Positions 22,930 through 37,645 of a stretch of DNA of 64,000 bases are shown here, one piece after another. The translations under genes and the position numbers were made by a program. A model generated the notes under the pieces. The model did not search any database and had not been told where the DNA came from. It saw only the letters and a program-made list of their open reading frames with translations. Positions within the stretch are counted from its first letter, which is position 1, and every line of letters starts with the position of its first letter. The DNA comes from the human T2T-CHM13v2.0 reference genome, Homo sapiens: NCBI RefSeq assembly GCF_009914755.1, contig NC_060944.1. One strand, 5' to 3'.

Positions 22930-23461
22930 TGTAGCTGGGACCGTTGACGATTTGCGCCCTGGGCAGGTGGGAGGTGCCTTGGAGTTGGGTATCTGGTTGG
23001 GGGCCTCCTTGGGCTGGATTCTAGGAAAGAAAAACAACCAGAGACTTTGAGATCCGGCCGTCTGTTAGGGCACAGCCACTCCAGGTTCTCTGGCAGAGAC
23101 TGCGGCCACTTTGCCAGGTCAAGGACATGGGGCCAGAGGGAGCCTGGTGGGGTGTGTGGGGGCCTCCTCCCGCCTCTTCCTGGTGAGACTTCAGCAGATC
23201 AGTTCCCTCCTCCCGCAGAGAGCAGCTGCTGGCCACCCTCCTGGGAAGAGATGTGGATCCGTCCCTGCCCCAGCAACCCGCAGATGCACGGGCTGCGTAG
23301 AATCAAGCGGTCCCTTTGGAAACACACCTCCCAAGCTCATCTCTGGCTCCCTTGAATCTGAAGGTCCTTCCCTCAGGGGTCTTGGAGTCTGCACCCTCCC
23401 TCACACCCTCCCGAGAGATGCTGCAGACCCTGCTGGTCCAGCTACTCTTCTCTCCACTGAC

Positions 23462-23661
23462 CTGTCCAGTGCTTCGAGTCCAGAAGTTGGTAGCCTTGGT
23501 GTGTTCCTGGTTTTGGCCAGTACAGGCAGTCGCAGGGATGGAGGGCGAGGTGTGGTCCTCACTGACAGACCTCCAGCTGAGGTTTCAGGAGTTTCAAGAC
23601 CTGCCCTGCTGGCTGCCTCAGCCCCGGCTGCGAGGTTCCCAGCCTGGTGTCAGTGCTGATG
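23462..23661 (-). other. NPBWR2: Predicted NPBWR2 5'UTR exon
   Basis: Minus-strand acceptor CCTCCCTCCCTCACCAG| and donor CAG|GTCAGT; coding-exon acceptor TTTTTCTTTCCTAG| opens at 23020. Confidence 0.5.
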
Positions 23662-24534
23662 CTGGTGAGGGAGGGAGGCGGATCCCCCTTGCTGACGTGG
23701 AGCCCGGAAGGCAGGCCCCACCTTCCCCTGAGCTGCAGTAGCGCCTGCAGTCGGCTGTCCCAGGGTCTCCTCAGCATTCACTTACCCAGGCAGACTCCTC
23801 AGTGGGCGGCTGAGGCACGTGTGCGCCTGTGTGTCAGGAAGGGACTCCATGCAGGGGCCTCTGGGTGTGCCCAGGTCTTCGGGCAGAGGGCACTGAAGGC
23901 ATCTGTGCCTCTGTCCGGGAGTCACTGTGGGCCTGGGCACCCTTATCTGTGAACATGGGTGTCTTGGTGGGTCTCCTGCCCCACCCTGTGTGTGTACATG
24001 GTGTGTTCCTGTGTGTGTGTGTGCCAGTTAGGACATGTACGTGTGTGGGCCTGTGTCTGCCTGTATGGGGGTCTCTGTGGGTGAGCTCTGCGTTGTATCT
24101 GAGTGGGTCTACATGTCCTTGGCTGAGTGTGGGCATCTGGGGGGTCTGTATGCCCTCATGTGGAAGCAGAACTTGTTGGCCATAGGCAACCCACCTTCTT
24201 TTTTTGTCTTTTGCTAAAAGAGGAACTCAGCCTAGGCAAGCTGTGAAAGGCTGCAGAGAAGACGTTCTCACGCTGACACGTAACTCTCCCGCCGTCCTGC
24301 AGAGGTGGTGAGCGTCACACTCTGCTCTGGGTTGGTCTTTAAGTCCTTCCCTTCTCCCTGCTTTTCTTCCTTGCTGGACGCACCCTGGCTTATCCAACCC
24401 GTGTGTGTGCAGCTCGGCCGCATCTGGACCTGCTTTGCAGGCAACGCCACAGCTGACACGAGCAGTCGCCAGTCTCAGAGCCGCTCCTCAGCGGAGACGT
24501 GTTGGGTCAGAGGGTCTGTGTTTTCTTTCCTTTC

Positions 24535-24822
24535 TTCTTTTTTGAGACAGGGTCTTGCCCTGTCACCCAGGCTGGGGTGCAGTGGCACTATCATGGCTCA
24601 CTGCAGCCCTGACCTCCCTGGGCTCAGGTGATCCTCCCACCTCAGCCTCTCAAGTAGCTGGGACTACAGGCATGTGCCACCATGCCTGGCTAATTTTTGT
24701 GTTTTTTTTTGTAGAGACGGGGTTTCACCATGTTGCCCAGGCTGGTCTCGATCTCCTGAGCTTCAGCCTCTACCTCAGCCTCCCAAAGTGCTCAGGTTAC
24801 AGCCATGACCCACCGTGCCTGG
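24535..24822 (-). mobile_element. Alu (AluJ-like)
   Basis: TTTTTTGAGACAGGGTCTTGCCCTGTCACCCAGGCTGG ... CCCAAAGTGCT. Confidence 0.9.
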
Positions 24823-27078
24823 TCACTGTGTGTTTTCAGTCTGGGGAGATGTGTCTGCCCATCGAGACTGTGCCCGCTGCCTGTGGGGTTGCAAGGATGT
24901 CACCGCACACTCATGGTCGGCCTTCTTTCCTGAGAGTTGCTCTGTCAAGTCTATTGGTTAGGACAGGAGCCTGGGCAGTCGCCCTGAGTACCCTGATGTC
25001 GCCAGCCTGAGGGTACACTGTGGGTGGGCCCCGAGCTACCCTTCTATGGGCTGTGCCATGTGGATGTTGAGTCCGGGGTCAGGGAACCCTGCTGAGATAT
25101 CTCACACTCCTCTTCAGCCAGTTTGGGGATGGCGGTGGGGGGGATCTGTGGGTGTGTCTCGAGGGAGCGTGGGGCTTGTAGCCACAGTTTGTCACATAAG
25201 TGGAGCTTGACGCCCACAAGGTCAGGGGATGGTGATTAGCAGCCGTGAGGAGAGGGTGCATTGGGGCTGAATTTTGTGATTTGGGGTGTTTGTGGGGTCG
25301 GGAGGGGTCAGTTCACAGCTCCTGGAAACCAGAGGCGTGACACAGAGAGGCCAGGCCTGGCATGTGGTGGCCCAGGCATTGACCAGGGTGTGGGCTGGGC
25401 CAGGCGGTCACTGGTCTTGGCTGGGGAGCGGCCGACCATGGCCTCAGCACCGGGCACTGGGAGAATGTCCCAGGCCTGCTGTCACCGAGCTGCTGTCCTG
25501 GGGTGGGGCTGGCCACGCTGGCCTGATTCTGGGCCTCCCTGGGGGCCTGCTGTCACCGAGCTGCTGTCCTGGGGTGGGGCTGGCCACACTGCCTGACTCT
25601 GGGCCTCCCTGGGGGCATTGCTGGGGGCCTCTCCCTTCCATGCATTTTGGGAGGGGCCCAGGCTAGTGCCGGTGCCTTCCTCTGCCCCCCAGGGCTGGCT
25701 GGCAGCCTGCCCAGTGACCCCCGTGTGGCCTGAGCTCTGGGCACCCCTGCTGGTCTTTGCCCTGCAGGATACCGACTGCCACCCACACCTTCTTCAGAGC
25801 AGGGTGTTCCAGGAGGGTCTTCCCTTAAGCCTCAGTAGTGGGGAGCCCAGTGTCAGAGGCATCCCTCAGAGCACAGAATCTTCCCATGCAAAGATCCCAC
25901 TGTGTGTCTGGCTTCCTCTGAAGCCAACCACGAGTCTGGGTCCTCTTCCCTCCACCGGTATCTGGTGAGTCTGGGAATCGGAGCCCCTCCCAGACTCTAG
26001 CTCTGCTCTCCTGAGCCTGTCCTGAAGGCTGGTCTGGCACCACCGCCCGCCGGTCACATTGGAGGTGGGGTGCGCATGATGGAAGGGATGGGGACCCTGA
26101 GGGCAGTGGGGATGGGGGAGACTGCCAGGTGCTGAGCTCAGGACCCCGGGGAGGCCGGCTGGAGGTGTCAGGTCCTCCTGGCCACAAAAGCAGCAGCCCC
26201 AGGGGCCTTTTCCTCCTCCCAGAAGCACCTCACCGATGCCCGCTGCAACACCAGGGCCTGAGCCGGGGGTGCTCCCCCGTCTGTACCCCCAGCACTCAGG
26301 GCTCAGAAAGGCCCTTTGCTCTGTTCGTGGGCTGGGCATTGTTCCAGCCAGCTGTGAGCTTGTGAGAGCATCGTTCTGTGGAAATGGTTTCCATTTTCAG
26401 AAATAAATTGGCCTTTTCAAATGAACCTGTGAGGCCCTTTGGGTGAAGAGAGGAGAGGCCAGGGAGGGAGGGAGCCGTGGTCAGCTCTGTTGGGCAGAAC
26501 GGTGGTGGGGGCCTGACAGCAAGGCCACTGACATGGCACATCCTCTGTCTGGGGTGTGGGGTGAGGGAGTGATGGGTGCCAGTCAGTGTGCATCTGAGCA
26601 TTTTGTGGGGCTGCGTGTGGGGGTCTTGCAGGGACCTGAAGGAGACCCCTAGGGCAGGGGCCAGGGAGAAGCGCCAGGACCCTGGGACAGCCTGAGCAAC
26701 ACACAACATAGCTGTGCTGGCTTCACGCTTGTTGCCGCTTCACATAGGTGTGGCAGCTGCCCTCCACCTGTCCCCCTGTGTGCAGGGACACCTGTCCCTC
26801 AGTCCGTGCTGCGACTTGGATCTTCACACGGGCATGCATATGTGTAGCAGGCATACAGACCCAGAGATTCATACAGACTCCAGTGTGCTTGTTGACCATC
26901 TCATCTCCAGCCAGGCAGGCCCTGGTAGGAGGGGTGGATTCTGCCCTGTGGCCAGAGTCCAGGCCTGTCTGCCCTGCTCTCTCTCCTCCATCAGCTCTCC
27001 AAGATGAGCCTCAACTGTAGCTGTGGCCCTGCAGGTTAAGTCCTCCCAAGAGGCCTAGGCCATTAAGACCAGTGAGAG

Positions 27079-27678
<600 letters not shown>

Positions 27679-30600
27679 AGACCAGCGAGAGTTCCAGGCC
27701 TGGTGTTCTCTAAGCAGGTAATTGGGCAGCTTAGCTCTCTCGAAAGAGATAAGTAATTCAGGGCCAGTTTCCCTCAGAGTGGGAGGTGAATTCTCCAGGG
27801 AAGCTGGGAGAAAACACACTTTATTTATAAAACTGGGAAGGGGCCATTTCTCGTTTAAATTCAGGATTCCCCACCATACCTCGGGGCACCCGCTGCCTCT
27901 CTCTTTCCCCGTCCAGTCAGCAATGAACTGTCCCCAGGGGAGGTCATGTTAGACAGGACCATAGACACCGGGCACCTTAGCTCAGGGCAGGTGAGAGGGG
28001 CCAGGGTAGCCAGACTGGGTCCTCAGCCACCTCCCAAATACCCGAACTTAGGCCCTGAGTCATTCATCTGCTGCACAAACACTTGCCCAGGAGGACTGCG
28101 GTGAGCACAGGGAACAATTCCTGCTCTCGTGGGGCTGGCCCTTTGGTGGGGGAAGCAGATGGTAGATGAAATAGTGCAGTGCACTGTGGAGCAGGAGGAA
28201 GGGGAGCTCTGGGGGCAGCAGGAGGCCACTGGGCCTTGCAGAGAAGGCAACGCTTGTGCTGAAACCCGGAGTGGGTCGGGGAGGCTGGGCGAGTGGGGGC
28301 AAGGCCCCTGGGGGAAAGAGGGCCCTTGGGACCAGGTCCTAAAGCCAGAGGTTCTGGAGGTGACAGCTGGGGGAGCAGAGGCCTGAGCAGGTTGGGGAAG
28401 TGGCTGTTGCAGGGAAGCCGGAGGTCACGGTGGCGTGTAGGTCTGCCTGCCTGTGGGCAGCCCCCACCCTGACCAAGGCCTTCTGCAAGTAGGGGTTTAC
28501 AGGGCTACTGGGGCTGGGGCACCGAGGCCTCCCTCTCATCTCTGAACCTCATCTGCTAAAGCTGTGCCTGCCCTACCCACATGCCTCCTGCCGCCCCAGG
28601 CGCGTGTAGGCGGCAGGCTCAGGGAGCCTGGTGCAAAGATCCCATCGTGACTGAAGCACGCAGACAGGAAGGAGGGCGACTGTTCCCTAGGGCCCAGGCC
28701 TGTCTCCTCTTGGGGCTGGGAGGGTTGCTTAAATCAATTATCAAAGCGCTTGCAGCCTCCTGCTCACTCACAAAGACCCGAATCCAAGCACAGGACAGCA
28801 GGCCCCCAGGACAGTCTTCCCCAGTGGTGACTGCTCCCTGTTCTCCTTGCCTTGTCCAGTCCCAGGCCCTAATAACCAGGCATAGGCCCTGGAATGGGCC
28901 CGCCCTGAGTTTGGAAGCTTCCAGGTGCTCTCTGGAGGCACAATCCCAGAGGGCTTCACTGAGGAGGTGTCACTGTGCCTGGCCTCAGGGCCGTGTCCCT
29001 GGGTGATCTCAGTGTGTCTGGAGATGTAGGAGAGGGCTGGAGGGGGTCTCACTCTGTCCTCAGGGCTGGGAGCAGCTGTGGCCACTCGGAGATCGTGGGC
29101 AGAGTGGGCAGGCAGGTGCAGGCGCCTTTGAGTCTCCAGGGGAGGGGGTTATTCAGGTGTGTCAGTGCGTGTGGACACACATGTGGCTGGGCGGGAGTGT
29201 GTGTATGTCCTGTGACATCCTTCACCGGTGCCTGCAGTGGCAGAGCGCCCTGAGCCCCCATAGAGGGCCCAGGAGTGTCCGAGACCTGACGTGGACTATG
29301 TCTGGCTTTCTCGTCAGGCCGTGAATTCTTGCTGAAGGATCCTCAGATGGGAAAGGCTGATGCATGCCCAGATCTGGAGGCTTTTGACTCGCCTGTTGGC
29401 TCCTGGCCTGGAGACAACCCTGTAGGCCGGCAGTCCGTGTCCCTCCACAGGAGGACCGTGCCTACGTGGCTGGTTTCTGGGCCTGGGGAGTATGGGCTGC
29501 AGCTCTGGGATGCTCCAGGGGCTAGATTTGTTGACCTTGGACCGGGCTCTCCGTCGTGGGCAGATGAGGAGGGGTGGGAAGGTTGGAGGAGAAAGGCTGG
29601 GTGAGGCAGCCCCCACCACCCTTTCTGGATCTCTCACCTTGGGGACATCCAGACAGGAGAGAACAGATCCAGGCTGGCAGCTGGTAGGGTCGGAATGATG
29701 GGCCCTGTTGGAGGTGAGGGAGCTTCTGACCTTGCCCATTCTCTTCCCCTTCTAACCTGCCTGGCACAAACCCCGACCTCAAAGGATGGATAGTGGCCTG
29801 AGCCTGTGGCAGAAGCTTCAGCTACCCCCGGGGACTGGCTGATCCTCGTGCTGTGACTGCAGTACACACACACACACGCACATACACACCTGCTCACAGA
29901 TTCCAGCACACACAGACCTTAGCACACACATACACACAAGCACACAGATGCCAGCACGTACACACCTGCCCTCCCACACATGGTCACACGCTTACACTCC
30001 ATTGTTGCATGACCTTCTCCAGATCAGCACCTGCCATGTCCTGCCTGCCAGGTCGTCTTCAGGCCAGGAGCCATTGCTTGTGGGTGGTGGGGTGGGGCTC
30101 TCTTGAGCTGATTGCTGTGAGACGAACTGGGCTGGGGAAGGCTGGGTGGCGGTGTGGGACCAGGCCCTGCTGGAGAGGGGTCAGGGGTGGGGTGGAATGT
30201 TAGAGTTAGGGGCAGTGGCCGGGTCAGGGTCAGAGTCCCACAGCCACATGCTTGCTGCCCTGCATCCTTGCAGCATTGGCGTCGGTGCACACGCATGTTT
30301 CATTCCCCGTGTTCATGGCATCCAGCCCCCATGTGTCATGTTCACATGCCCTGTCTCATTTGCTCATGCAAGGCTAACATCGTTGTACCCACACACGTCT
30401 GCATGCATGACTCGATGCACTTTTGGGCCCCACTTCAGGCTTCATGTGCTGGCTGCACACATTCCTGCTCACACGTCCCGTGGACATGCCCTGAGTCTCT
30501 CTGATAAGGTTCAGAGCCCAGGAGGGCACCTCTCACTCGGGGGAGCCTGTTCCTGACCCTGTTCTCTGCTCGAGGAGCCTCGGGAGGGTCACTGGGCAAG

Positions 30601-33377
30601 CATCTAGGAGGAGCCAGCAGCTGCAGGGCTGGAAGGGCCATGGCCCACGCCTTTCTGTGGCCAGTGAGCAGGGATCCTGCTGTGATGAAATCTCAGGCAG
30701 GCTGTGGCACGGGGGATGCCGAAGGTGAATCTGTGTAGCTGTGAGGACCCTGAAGAAGAGCTTTGCCGGGCGGGCAGCTGGGGCAGTGCTGGGAGGTGGC
30801 ACCTGGCTGGTGCATGTTGTATCCTCTGTCTCCAAATCCCCGTTCTCTGCACAGAGCTAGACATTTTGCTGCACCGGCGAGGACTGGAGTGGAGTCACCC
30901 TCAGCTCTGGGGACCCCGCTATGGGCCAACTCCTCCCTGGACCTCCTGCTGATGGGCTGCCCTGGTTCCTATCTCCACCCCTTTGCTCCCAGCACCTCTG
31001 CTGGTCCATGTAACCAATGTGCCCTGCATGCCAGGCCCTGGGCTCAGTGCTGGGGGCTCAGACTGGGCTGGGACCTGGCAGGGGTTGGGGTGGTACCTCT
31101 GTCCAGGGCTTGTGGATGGGACTCTTTTGCTACTGCCTTGGCAGCAGCCAGGAGGGGGCCCAGCTGAGGACTGCAGCTCTACCCAGTCCAGAACGTTTGA
31201 CCATGCAGGGGGATAGGCTCCACTTCCAGAGTCTGTGATGGTTTTTTTTTTGTCAGAGGAACTGAGCTAGAAAGAGCTGTGAATGATGGTTCAGCTCTGA
31301 GAAGCAGATAAACCTTTATAAGTCAGAAGGGGCCTCAGTTTCTCCATTTGTCCTGGCCCTGTTTGTCACATGCCCTTCAGGACACACACATCTGTCTCTC
31401 CTGCATAGCCCTCCATGGAGTCCTGGGCCAGGTTCCGGGTCCACCCTGTCCCCATCCCAGTGTGCTCAGCCCAGGGCAGTAGGCCACATCACACCAGGTC
31501 TTCAGTGGCCTCCCTCCTCCATCCCCAGGGATGTCGCAGGGATGGCAGGTGGAGGAGGCTTTTACCAGGAGAGGCAGCACTGGCAGGAGCAGGTTTTTAA
31601 AGTCTTGAGGTTGTCATAGCAACTGCATCCCTGCTGAGGTTCTGAGGTTCGGTGGCTGTGCAGACGTCCATGTGCTGGAGCTGGGCATGTACAAAAGCCA
31701 CGTGGTGGCTCCAGGCTGCTGCTGTGGCACAGGTGTGCCTTGGCGTTGGTGAGGTGTGGCACGGCTGTGCGGTGGCGCAGGTGAGGTGAGGTGTGAGGTG
31801 GTATACGTGGCCTTGCGGGGCAGTTTTCCTTGCCTGTGACCTCAGCCTATATCCAGCTCCAAAATGTGGTCTGCAGTGGGGAAGGGCAGGAGCTGGATCT
31901 GGCCCTCCCCTGTGCTGACCTAGATTCTGCCCGGCCTGCAGGTCCTGCAGCAGACGTGCCTGTAATGAGTCTAATTGTGCAGGCTCTGTGGTCACCATAG
32001 CTTTCGGTACCCAAGGGGGTAGACAGAGGTTTGAATCTAGGACTGGGCAGCTCCCTCACCTTCCACCCCCACAACCGTGGCCTCAGTCATCAACGGACGA
32101 GGCCAAGTCAGTAGCGGAAGCCGGGCCGTGCCCTCGGCTGGGTCCTGTGGCCTTCGGGCTGCCACCCTGTGCTGGGGATGGAGGTGGGGGCATGGGGCTG
32201 CTGCCAACACCCGGCTGGTGCTTGCAGCTGTGGTGCCAACAATTCTCACGCCGCGCTGTCGTCTTTTTGGCTTCTGGAATTTTGAGCCAATTCGGGCTCA
32301 CCGGGTTGATGCCGCCCCTCATCTGGCCGAGGCTTCTGGGAGCCTGAGGGAGTCGGGACCCCACCCTCAGCGGGGCATGGCGTGGGCCACGTCACCATCC
32401 GCCTTGTGTTTATGGGATGATTTAAAAGAACACGGCAGTCTTGGAAGAGTGGTGATGGCGTTTAGCTTAATGGCTTTTGATGCAGAAGCCAAAAGCGTGG
32501 TCTGGGCCAGACCTAGGCAGTCAGGGCTCTGGGCTGGGCAAGGGCACCGTATGAAAGGCTGGGTGGGGATCAAGGGGAGCCAGGGTTCAGGCTGGAGGCC
32601 CCCTGAAGGGAGATGAGGGTCTGCAGGGGCTGTGGCATGAGGATCTTCATGGCTGCAGTCTTGGAGGAGAGCAAAGTCCAGACAAGCCTAGGGACGGGAC
32701 AGAGGAGGTGGACAGAGGTGGACAGAGGTGTGGGAGGCCGGCCACGGCCCACTGCACAGGGGGTCTTGGGGACGCCAGCTCAGCCCCAGGCCTCAGCTGA
32801 ATGGTTGCCTCCCGCCCAGGTCGGGCCCCACTTCTTGTGCCCAGGGCCCTCTCTAAACTCTTCATCATGGCCCCTCTCCGCCTCCCCCCGGACTCCAGGC
32901 CAGCGCTGTGTCTGTGCTGTGCGTCTTTTGAGCTTTGTCTCCAGCCCTGGACCCTGGGGCTCCTCCTTCTCGGGCCTCTTCCTGAAGCCTGAGGAGCCAC
33001 CCTCTGCTGGGGGAGGCTGAGTGTCCCTGCCTAGTCTGGGTGAGGGGAGTCACAGCCCGGCCCAGACCCCACCCCGCTTACATGTATGGCAAGCCATGGC
33101 CTTGCTCTCCAGAAGCCATGGCAGCCGGGTGAGGATACTGTGAGCACAGGACTTGGTGTCCATCTTGGCTGTGCCCTCTCAGGAGCATCAGCCTGGTGAC
33201 CTTGTGACCTCTTATGTCCCCTCTGCAGGAAGGGTGACCAACAGTCTGGATTGGCCCAGGACTGTCCAGGTTTTAGCACTGAATGCCCCACATCCCAGGA
33301 AATCTCTTGGTCCTGGACACACTGTTTATCAGTAGGGCCTACCCGGGGGACATATGAGAAAGTGTTCCCTCCAGGAG

Positions 33378-35325
33378 AAGCTGTGCTGGGCATGAGGGCA
33401 CTCTGATGTGTGTGTGGGTGGCCTGGGCAAAGCTGTGCGGGGCATGAGGGCACCCTGATGTGGGGGGGGCCTGGGCAAAGCTGTGCGGGGCATGAGGGCA
33501 CCCTGATGTTGGGGGGGTGTCTGGGCAAAGCTGTGCAGGGCATGAGGGCACCCTGATGTGACGGGGGGGCCTGGGCAAAGCTGTGTGGGGCATGAGGGCA
33601 CCCTGATGTTGGGGGGGGTCTCTGGGCAAAGCTGTGCGGGGCATGAGGGCACCCTGATTTTGGGGGTGTGTCTGGGCAAAGCTGTGCAGGGCATGAGGGC
33701 ACCCTGATGTGGGGGGGTGCCTGGGCAAAGCTGTGCGGGGCATGAGGGCACCCTGATGTTGGGGGGGGTCTCTGGGCAAAGCTGTGCGGGGCATGAGGGC
33801 ACCCTGATGTTGGGGGGGTGTCTGGGCAAAGCTGTGCGGGGCATGAGGGCACCCTGATGTGGGGGGGGTTGTCTGGGCAAAGCTGTGCGGGGCATGAGGG
33901 CACCCTGATGTGGGGGGGTCTCTGGGCAAAGCTGTGCGGGGCATGAGGGCACCGTGATGGGGGGGGGTCTGGGCAAAGCTGTGCGGGGCATGAGGGCACC
34001 CTGATGTGGGGGGGTGTCTGGGCAAAGCTGTGCGGGGCATGAGGGCACCCTGATGTGGCGGGGGGGGGGCCTGGGCGAAGCTGTGCGGGGCATGAGGGCA
34101 CCCTGATGTTGGGGGGGTGTCTGGGCAAAGCTGTGCAGGGCATGAGGGCACCCTGATGTGACGGGGGGGCCTGGGCAAAGCTGTGTGGGGCATGAGGGCA
34201 CCCTGATGTTGGGGGGGGTCTCTGGGCAAAGCTGTGCGGGGCATGAGGGCACCCTGATGTTGGGGGTGTGTCTGGGCAAAGCTGCGCGGGGCATGAGGAC
34301 ACCCTGATGTGGGGGGGGTGTCGGGGCAAAGCTGTGCGGGGCATGAGGGCACCCTGATGTGGGGGGGGGTGTCTGGGCAAAGCTGTGCGGGGCATGAGGG
34401 CACCCTGATGTGGGGGGGGGTGTCTGGGCAAAGCTGTGCGGGGCATGAGGGTACCCTGATGTTGGGGGGGGTGTCTGGGCAAAGCTGTACGGGGCATGAG
34501 GGCACCCTGATGTTGGGGGGTCTGGGCAAAGCTGTGCGGGGCATGAGGGCACCCTGATGTGGGGGGGGTGTCTGGGCAAAGCTGTGCGGGGCATGAGGGC
34601 ACCCTGATGTGGGGGGGTCTGGGCAAAGCTGTGCGGGGCATGAGGGCACCCTGATGTGGGGGGGGTGTCTGGGCAAAGCTGTGCGGGGCATGAGGGCACC
34701 CTGATGTGGGGGGGTCTGGGCAAAGCTGTGCGGGGCATGAGGGCACCCTGATGTGGGGGGGGTGTCTGGGCAAAGCTGTGCGGGGCATGAGGGTACCCTG
34801 ATGTTGGGGGGGGTGTCTGGGCAAAGCTGCGCGGGGCATGAGGGCACCCTGATGTGGCGGGGGGGGGGCGTGGGCGAAGCTGTGCGGGGCATGAGGGCAC
34901 CCTGATGTTGGGGGGGGTGTCTGGGCAAAGCTGCGTGGGGCATGAGGGCACCCTGATGTTGGGGGGGGTGTCTGGGCAAAGCTGCGCGGGTCATGAGGGC
35001 ACCCTGATATGGGGGGGGTGTCTGGGCAAAGCTGTGCAGGGCATGAGGGCACCCTGATGTGGCGGGGGGGCCTGGGCAAAGCTGTGCGGGGCATGAGGGC
35101 ACCCTGATGTTGGGGGGGGTGTCTGGGCAAAGCTGTGCGGAGCATGAGGGCACCCTGATGTGGGGGGGGTGTCTGGGCAAAGCTGTGCGGGGCATGAGGG
35201 CACCCTGATGTGGGGGGGGGTGTCTGGGCAAAGCTGTGCGGGGCATGAGGGCACCCTGATGTGGTGGGGAGGGCCTGGGCAAAGCTGTGCGGGGCATGAG
35301 GGCACCCTGATGTGGGGGGGGGGGC
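33378..35325. repeat. ~50-bp G-rich minisatellite, ~39 copies
   Basis: Unit CTGGGCAAAGCTGTGCGGGGCATGAGGGCACCCTGATGT(G)nTGT with variable G-run. Confidence 0.96.
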
Positions 35326-36416
35326 AGGCCTGGGCTCAGCCAGAAGACAGCCCCAGTTCCTCCAGCATGGCTGGGCCCCATCCCACCTCGCTTCCTTCCA
35401 TCTCCACCTTTGCCGACTCCTGGGATCTGAGCCTCCTCCTGGTCTGTCTCTGGTTCTGAATGCCTCCTATGTGCCGGGTGCTGACAGCTAAAGATACATC
35501 CGTGTTTCATTTTGTCTCCACAATGGCCAGGGGCAGTACTACTGTCATCCCATCTAGCAGATGGGAACAGGAGGCTCTGATGGAGTTTCCCTGGAGCGTG
35601 CTTGCTAACCGTGGAGCAACAGGGCACTCAGCTTCCGCACGGAGCTTCCCAGAGCCTGTGGCTTCCTCTCAGGGCTCCGGCAGTGTTGAATGTGGGGAGC
35701 TCACACTCTCACCAGGGAGACCTCATACCTGCTGCTTATCACCTGGGAGATGTTTTCTGCCCACAGAGGCTCTGTCACATCTCTGGCTGCTCGGGGAGGT
35801 GAGTGGGGCCCTGCTCACTCAGGACAAAGGAGGCTGAGGTGGAGCTCTAGGCCCCTCTTCCCCACCCACTTGAGTGCACCCCGAAGGCACGTGGAGTTCC
35901 TGGGGTGCTGCCTGTGGTCGGGCCAGAGACTGCTCCACTGTCCAAACTGTGCTCATAGGTATGTGGCCTGGGGACTGTTGCCGTGGAACCGGGTAAAGAG
36001 CCCTGTGGACCTGTGCTCCCAACTCAGGCCAGTCAAGGGTGCCACTGTGGCCTAGATAGTCTCCTGAGGGGAGCAGACCAGGTGGAGGTCAGGAGTACAG
36101 GTCTGGGACTGGCTTTTTCCTTGCTGTGTGGCCCAGGGTGAGTTACCCAACCTCTCTGAGCGTCTGTCTCCTCACTTGTCAAATGGGGATCGTAATTTTC
36201 CTGCCTCAGGCTGGAGGCTTGCACGTGTTGGGCCAGCCCCATCTGAGGTCCCACCTGCCCGTGCTGCTCTGGACCTGGTCTGGGGTTTCGGCCTTGGGCC
36301 TGGGCAGCTCAGGTGGATGCTTGGAGGGAGCACTGACCTCAAGTCAGCTGTGAGTAGGACGGGAGGCTGGTGAGCGGCAGCAAGCTGCAAGCCACAGGCA
36401 GGGAGAACTTCCCGGA

Positions 36417-36425
36417 GGGGGGGGG

Positions 36426-36468
<43 letters not shown>
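36417..36468. repeat. Poly-G plus (GA)n microsatellite
   Basis: Direct inspection. Confidence 0.95.
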
Positions 36469-36469
<1 letters not shown>

Positions 36470-36799
36470 ACGTGCGCCCTTGGGAGACCAGCAGGCCAGC
36501 GCTGGCTCTGCCATGGAGGGGAAGCACTTTGAAGCCCCACTGTTCCTGGACTAGCTCTGCTGAACCACAGAGGGGCCGCCGTTTTCCCTTGGCTGGGGTA
36601 GAGGAACAGGGTCCTTCCTGTGGCTCCTGGCTGAGCCAGGTTCTGTGCGACGCGGACCAACCCTGACCCCCAGTGGCCAGTTCCGAGAACTGCTGCAGAG
36701 GAAAAGGGACCATTCAGTAGGGTGGGGGTGGGGGCTTGCGCGGCATTCATTTTCGAGTGGACATGGGGGCAGGCAGGCCAGTCTCTGATGATTTAAGGA

Positions 36800-37192
36800 T
36801 GCTGTGGTTTGAATATTTGTCACCTCCAAAACTCAAGTTGGAATTTAATCCCCAATGTGGCAGTATTGAGAGGTGGGGCCTTTAAGAGGTGATTGGGTCA
36901 CAAGAGCTCTGCCCTCATGAATAGATTAATTTATTTATAGATTAATGGGTTATCATAGGAGTGGGGCTAGTAGCTTTATAAGAAGAGAGAGACCTGAGCC
37001 AGCACGCTCAGCCCCTCACCATGCGACGCCCTGCACTGCCTTGGGACTCTGGGGTTCCCACCAGCAAGAAAACCTCACCAGATGTGGCCCATTGACCTTG
37101 GACTTCCCAGCCCGCAGAACTGTAAGAAATACATTTTGTTTCTTTTAAATTACCCAGTTTCTGTTATAAGCAGCAGGAAACAGACTAAGACA
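36800..37192 (+). mobile_element. MST-family MaLR LTR
   Basis: Starts TGCTGTGGTTTGAATATTTGTCACCTCCAAAACTCA, ends CAGACTAAGACA. Confidence 0.8.
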
Positions 37193-37645
37193 AGGGGCAA
37201 GCCAGCCTCTGCCCACAAGGAGCTCCATTCTGGTGTGGAGAGACCCAAACACACAACTATGCTCTTTGTCTTGCTAGAGACTTGTTTTGTGGTGGCCCCA
37301 ACCTCAACTTGCCAGCAATTTGTAAAAGAACCAAGTCAATTTTACACAGCAAATTAAACCCCAGGGTAAATGTGTGTACCTGGATTCCAATAGTAGGTAA
37401 AGATTCTTAATGGTGAAAACTATGACTCCTGTTAAAACTCTTGTGTTCTGTTCTTACCACTGAGTTTAAACAACAACTCTGTGCTAATCGTATAAAGAAT
37501 ATTTTTGTCTGGACTGTCTACGGCCAAGTTCTCCACCCTGGATGTGCACAGAATCCCCTGGGGACTTCAGGAGCTCACTGGAGCTGGTTCCACCCCCATG
37601 CCCAGGCTCTGATGTGCTTGGTCTGGGCTGGGGCCTGGGCACCAG

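Noticed and set aside
22930-23037. 36-aa N-terminal extension of NPBWR2 in the ORF track
   Set aside because: Starts at a non-ATG codon inside a polypyrimidine tract/acceptor; the first ATG is at 22929.
33031-35627. 540-762 aa Pro-rich ORFs, and similar ORFs at 1067-4222, 8194-10634, 39072-40523, 48755-50057 and 63106-63975
   Set aside because: Each coincides with a tandem array lacking stops in those frames.
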